Source: Alphaproteobacteria bacterium (GTDB lineage: Bacteria > Pseudomonadota > Alphaproteobacteria > SP197). Taken from it: DNA of 64,000 bases. Positions within the stretch are counted from its first letter, which is position 1. Each line of letters starts with the position of its first letter. The position numbers and the translations under genes were made by a program. Shown piece after piece: positions 62,513 to 64,000 of this stretch. The stretch is taken from contig VGDP01000013.1 of assembly GCA_016869675.1 (NCBI GenBank), forward strand, positions 1,558 through 65,557, given 5' to 3'. Under the pieces are notes generated by a model, which was not told the DNA's origin, searched no databases, and worked only from the letters and a program-made list of their open reading frames with translations.

Positions 62513-62629
62513 GACCGCCGGCTATGGAAATCAGGCGCGATCGGCATTTCCGTTCCGTACACTGAACCACGATCCTTGCGGCCATGGCGCGGCCATACCG
62601 GCCCGCGACGAAGGAAGAAGGACCAGCCC

Positions 62630-63109
62630 ATGCTCCGCAGATCAGCGTTCACCACGACGTTCGCCCTGACCAGCCTGCTGGCGGTGGCGACCTACGTCAC
62701 GCCCGCCGTGGCGGGCGAGTGCCCGTCCGACCAGGTCGGCGCCAATCCCCTGGCCGACCGCATGACCGCCCCCGCGGGGGTCACCGACACGGTGCTCGGC
62801 TCGATCAATCTGGCGGGTGAGCCGGTGTCCATCGACGGCCGCCTGTTCCGCCTGCGCCGCCTGGAAATCCAGCCCGGCAGCGTCGTGCCGTTCCACAGCC
62901 AGGAAGATCGTCCGGCCCAGATCTACGTCGTCTAGGGCGAGGTGACCGAGTACTCGAGCGATTGCCTCGTGCCGATCGTGCACAAGGCGGGCGAACTCTC
63001 GACCGAAACGCACACCGTCTCCCACTGGTGGCGCAACGACGGCACCGAGACCGCGATCCTGATCTCGGCCGACCTTCTGCGTCACGATGACGACGACACG
63101 ATGATGTAA
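62630..63109 (+). pseudogene. Exported cupin-domain protein with in-frame TAG
   Basis: Signal peptide, PGSVVPFHS, YVV*GEVTEY (TAG at 62933-62935), SHWWRN. Confidence 0.82.
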
Positions 63110-63111
63110 CC

Positions 63112-63175
63112 GGGGCGCCCCTCCCCACGAACGCGCGCCCCGCGGGAGCGCGGCCTTCCCCCGCCGCGCTCCCGC
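63112..63175 (+). other. Tandem hairpins with C-rich loops
   Basis: GGGGCGC/GCGCCCC stem and a perfect 13-bp stem GCGGGAGCGCGGC/GCCGCGCTCCCGC. Confidence 0.6.
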
Positions 63176-63202
63176 CCCCTGCCCCGACCCGAGGTTAAGG
63201 TC

Positions 63203-64000
63203 ATGACCGTCACCGTCCTCGACAACCCGGCCCCGACCGCCGCTCGTTCCCGTGCCGACGCCGCGCGCGGCCTGCTGATCGGCGTGATCGGCTTCCTGAC
63301 CTTGGTGGATCTGTTCGCGGCCCAGGCGATCCTGTCGACGCTCGTCGAGACGTACCAGGTCAGCCGCGCCGCCATGGGCTTCGCGGTCAACGCCAGCACC
63401 ATGGGCATGGCGGCCGCGGGCCTTCTGGTCGCCCTGGTCAGCCGTCGTATCGACCGGCGCAACGGCAACTGGATCAGCCTAGCCCTGCTCGCGATCCCCA
63501 CGTCGCTCCTGACCGTCGCGCCGGATCTGATGGTGTTCACCGCCCTGCGCATCGCCCAGGGCGTGTTCATGGCGACCGCCTTCACCCTGACCATGGCGTA
63601 CCTGGCCGAGCAGTACAGCGTGCGCGACGCGGCCTCGGTGTTGGCCGCCTACATCACCGGTGTCGTCGCCAGCAACCTGATCGGGCGCCTGGTCTCGGCT
63701 TCGGTCGCCGACCAGCTCGGTTTGGCGACCAACTTCTACCTCTTCTTCACGCTCAACGTGGTGGGCGCGGCGCTGGTGGTGTTCGACCTCGCGCGCGCCA
63801 CCCCCATGGCGTCCATGGGTCCCGCGCGGTCGACCCTGGCGGCGTGGCGCGATCACCTGGGCAACCCGGCGCTGCGCGAGACGTTCGCCATCGGTTTAGT
63901 GATCCTGTTCGTGTTCATCGGCTTGTTCACCTACGTCAACTTCGTGCTCGTCGCGTCGCCGATCGGGCTGGGCGCCATGGAGTTGGGCTTCGTCTACCTG
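63203..64000 (+). CDS. MFS transporter (YnfM-like), 3'-partial
   Basis: FLTLVDLFAAQAIL, LRIAQG, AYLAE, AYITG. Runs off the window end. Confidence 0.85.
   Translation, partial: MTVTVLDNPAPTAARSRADAARGLLIGVIGFLTLVDLFAAQAILSTLVETYQVSRAAMGFAVNASTMGMAAAGLLVALVSRRIDRRNGNWISLALLAIPTSLLTVAPDLMVFTALRIAQGVFMATAFTLTMAYLAEQYSVRDAASVLAAYITGVVASNLIGRLVSASVADQLGLATNFYLFFTLNVVGAALVVFDLARATPMASMGPARSTLAAWRDHLGNPALRETFAIGLVILFVFIGLFTYVNFVLVASPIGLGAMELGFVYL

Overview
This is a high-GC (about 70%) chromosomal segment, probably from an Alphaproteobacterium (TacA-like regulator with a CtrA-type box, split pntAA/pntAB, TspO). It carries about 57 genes. Housekeeping genes (uup, pntAAB, pepF, ABC1 kinase, fused indolepyruvate:ferredoxin oxidoreductase, hutU, acoABC) are interleaved with many orphan catabolic modules. 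I found no rRNA, tRNA or CRISPR array. Four features stand out. (1) About 12 accessory genes are broken by nonsense codons, 1-nt indels or microhomology-flanked deletions while core genes stay intact, which suggests ongoing genome erosion. (2) A complete 1414-bp IS1202/ISNCY-type element has a perfect 17-bp target duplication. (3) A single-chain triple-Rid protein lies divergent from a metal-independent M24 hydrolase. (4) Two intergenic structured-RNA candidates have C-rich loops and share an identical 8-bp stem. All protein calls come from motif recognition by eye, not database searches.
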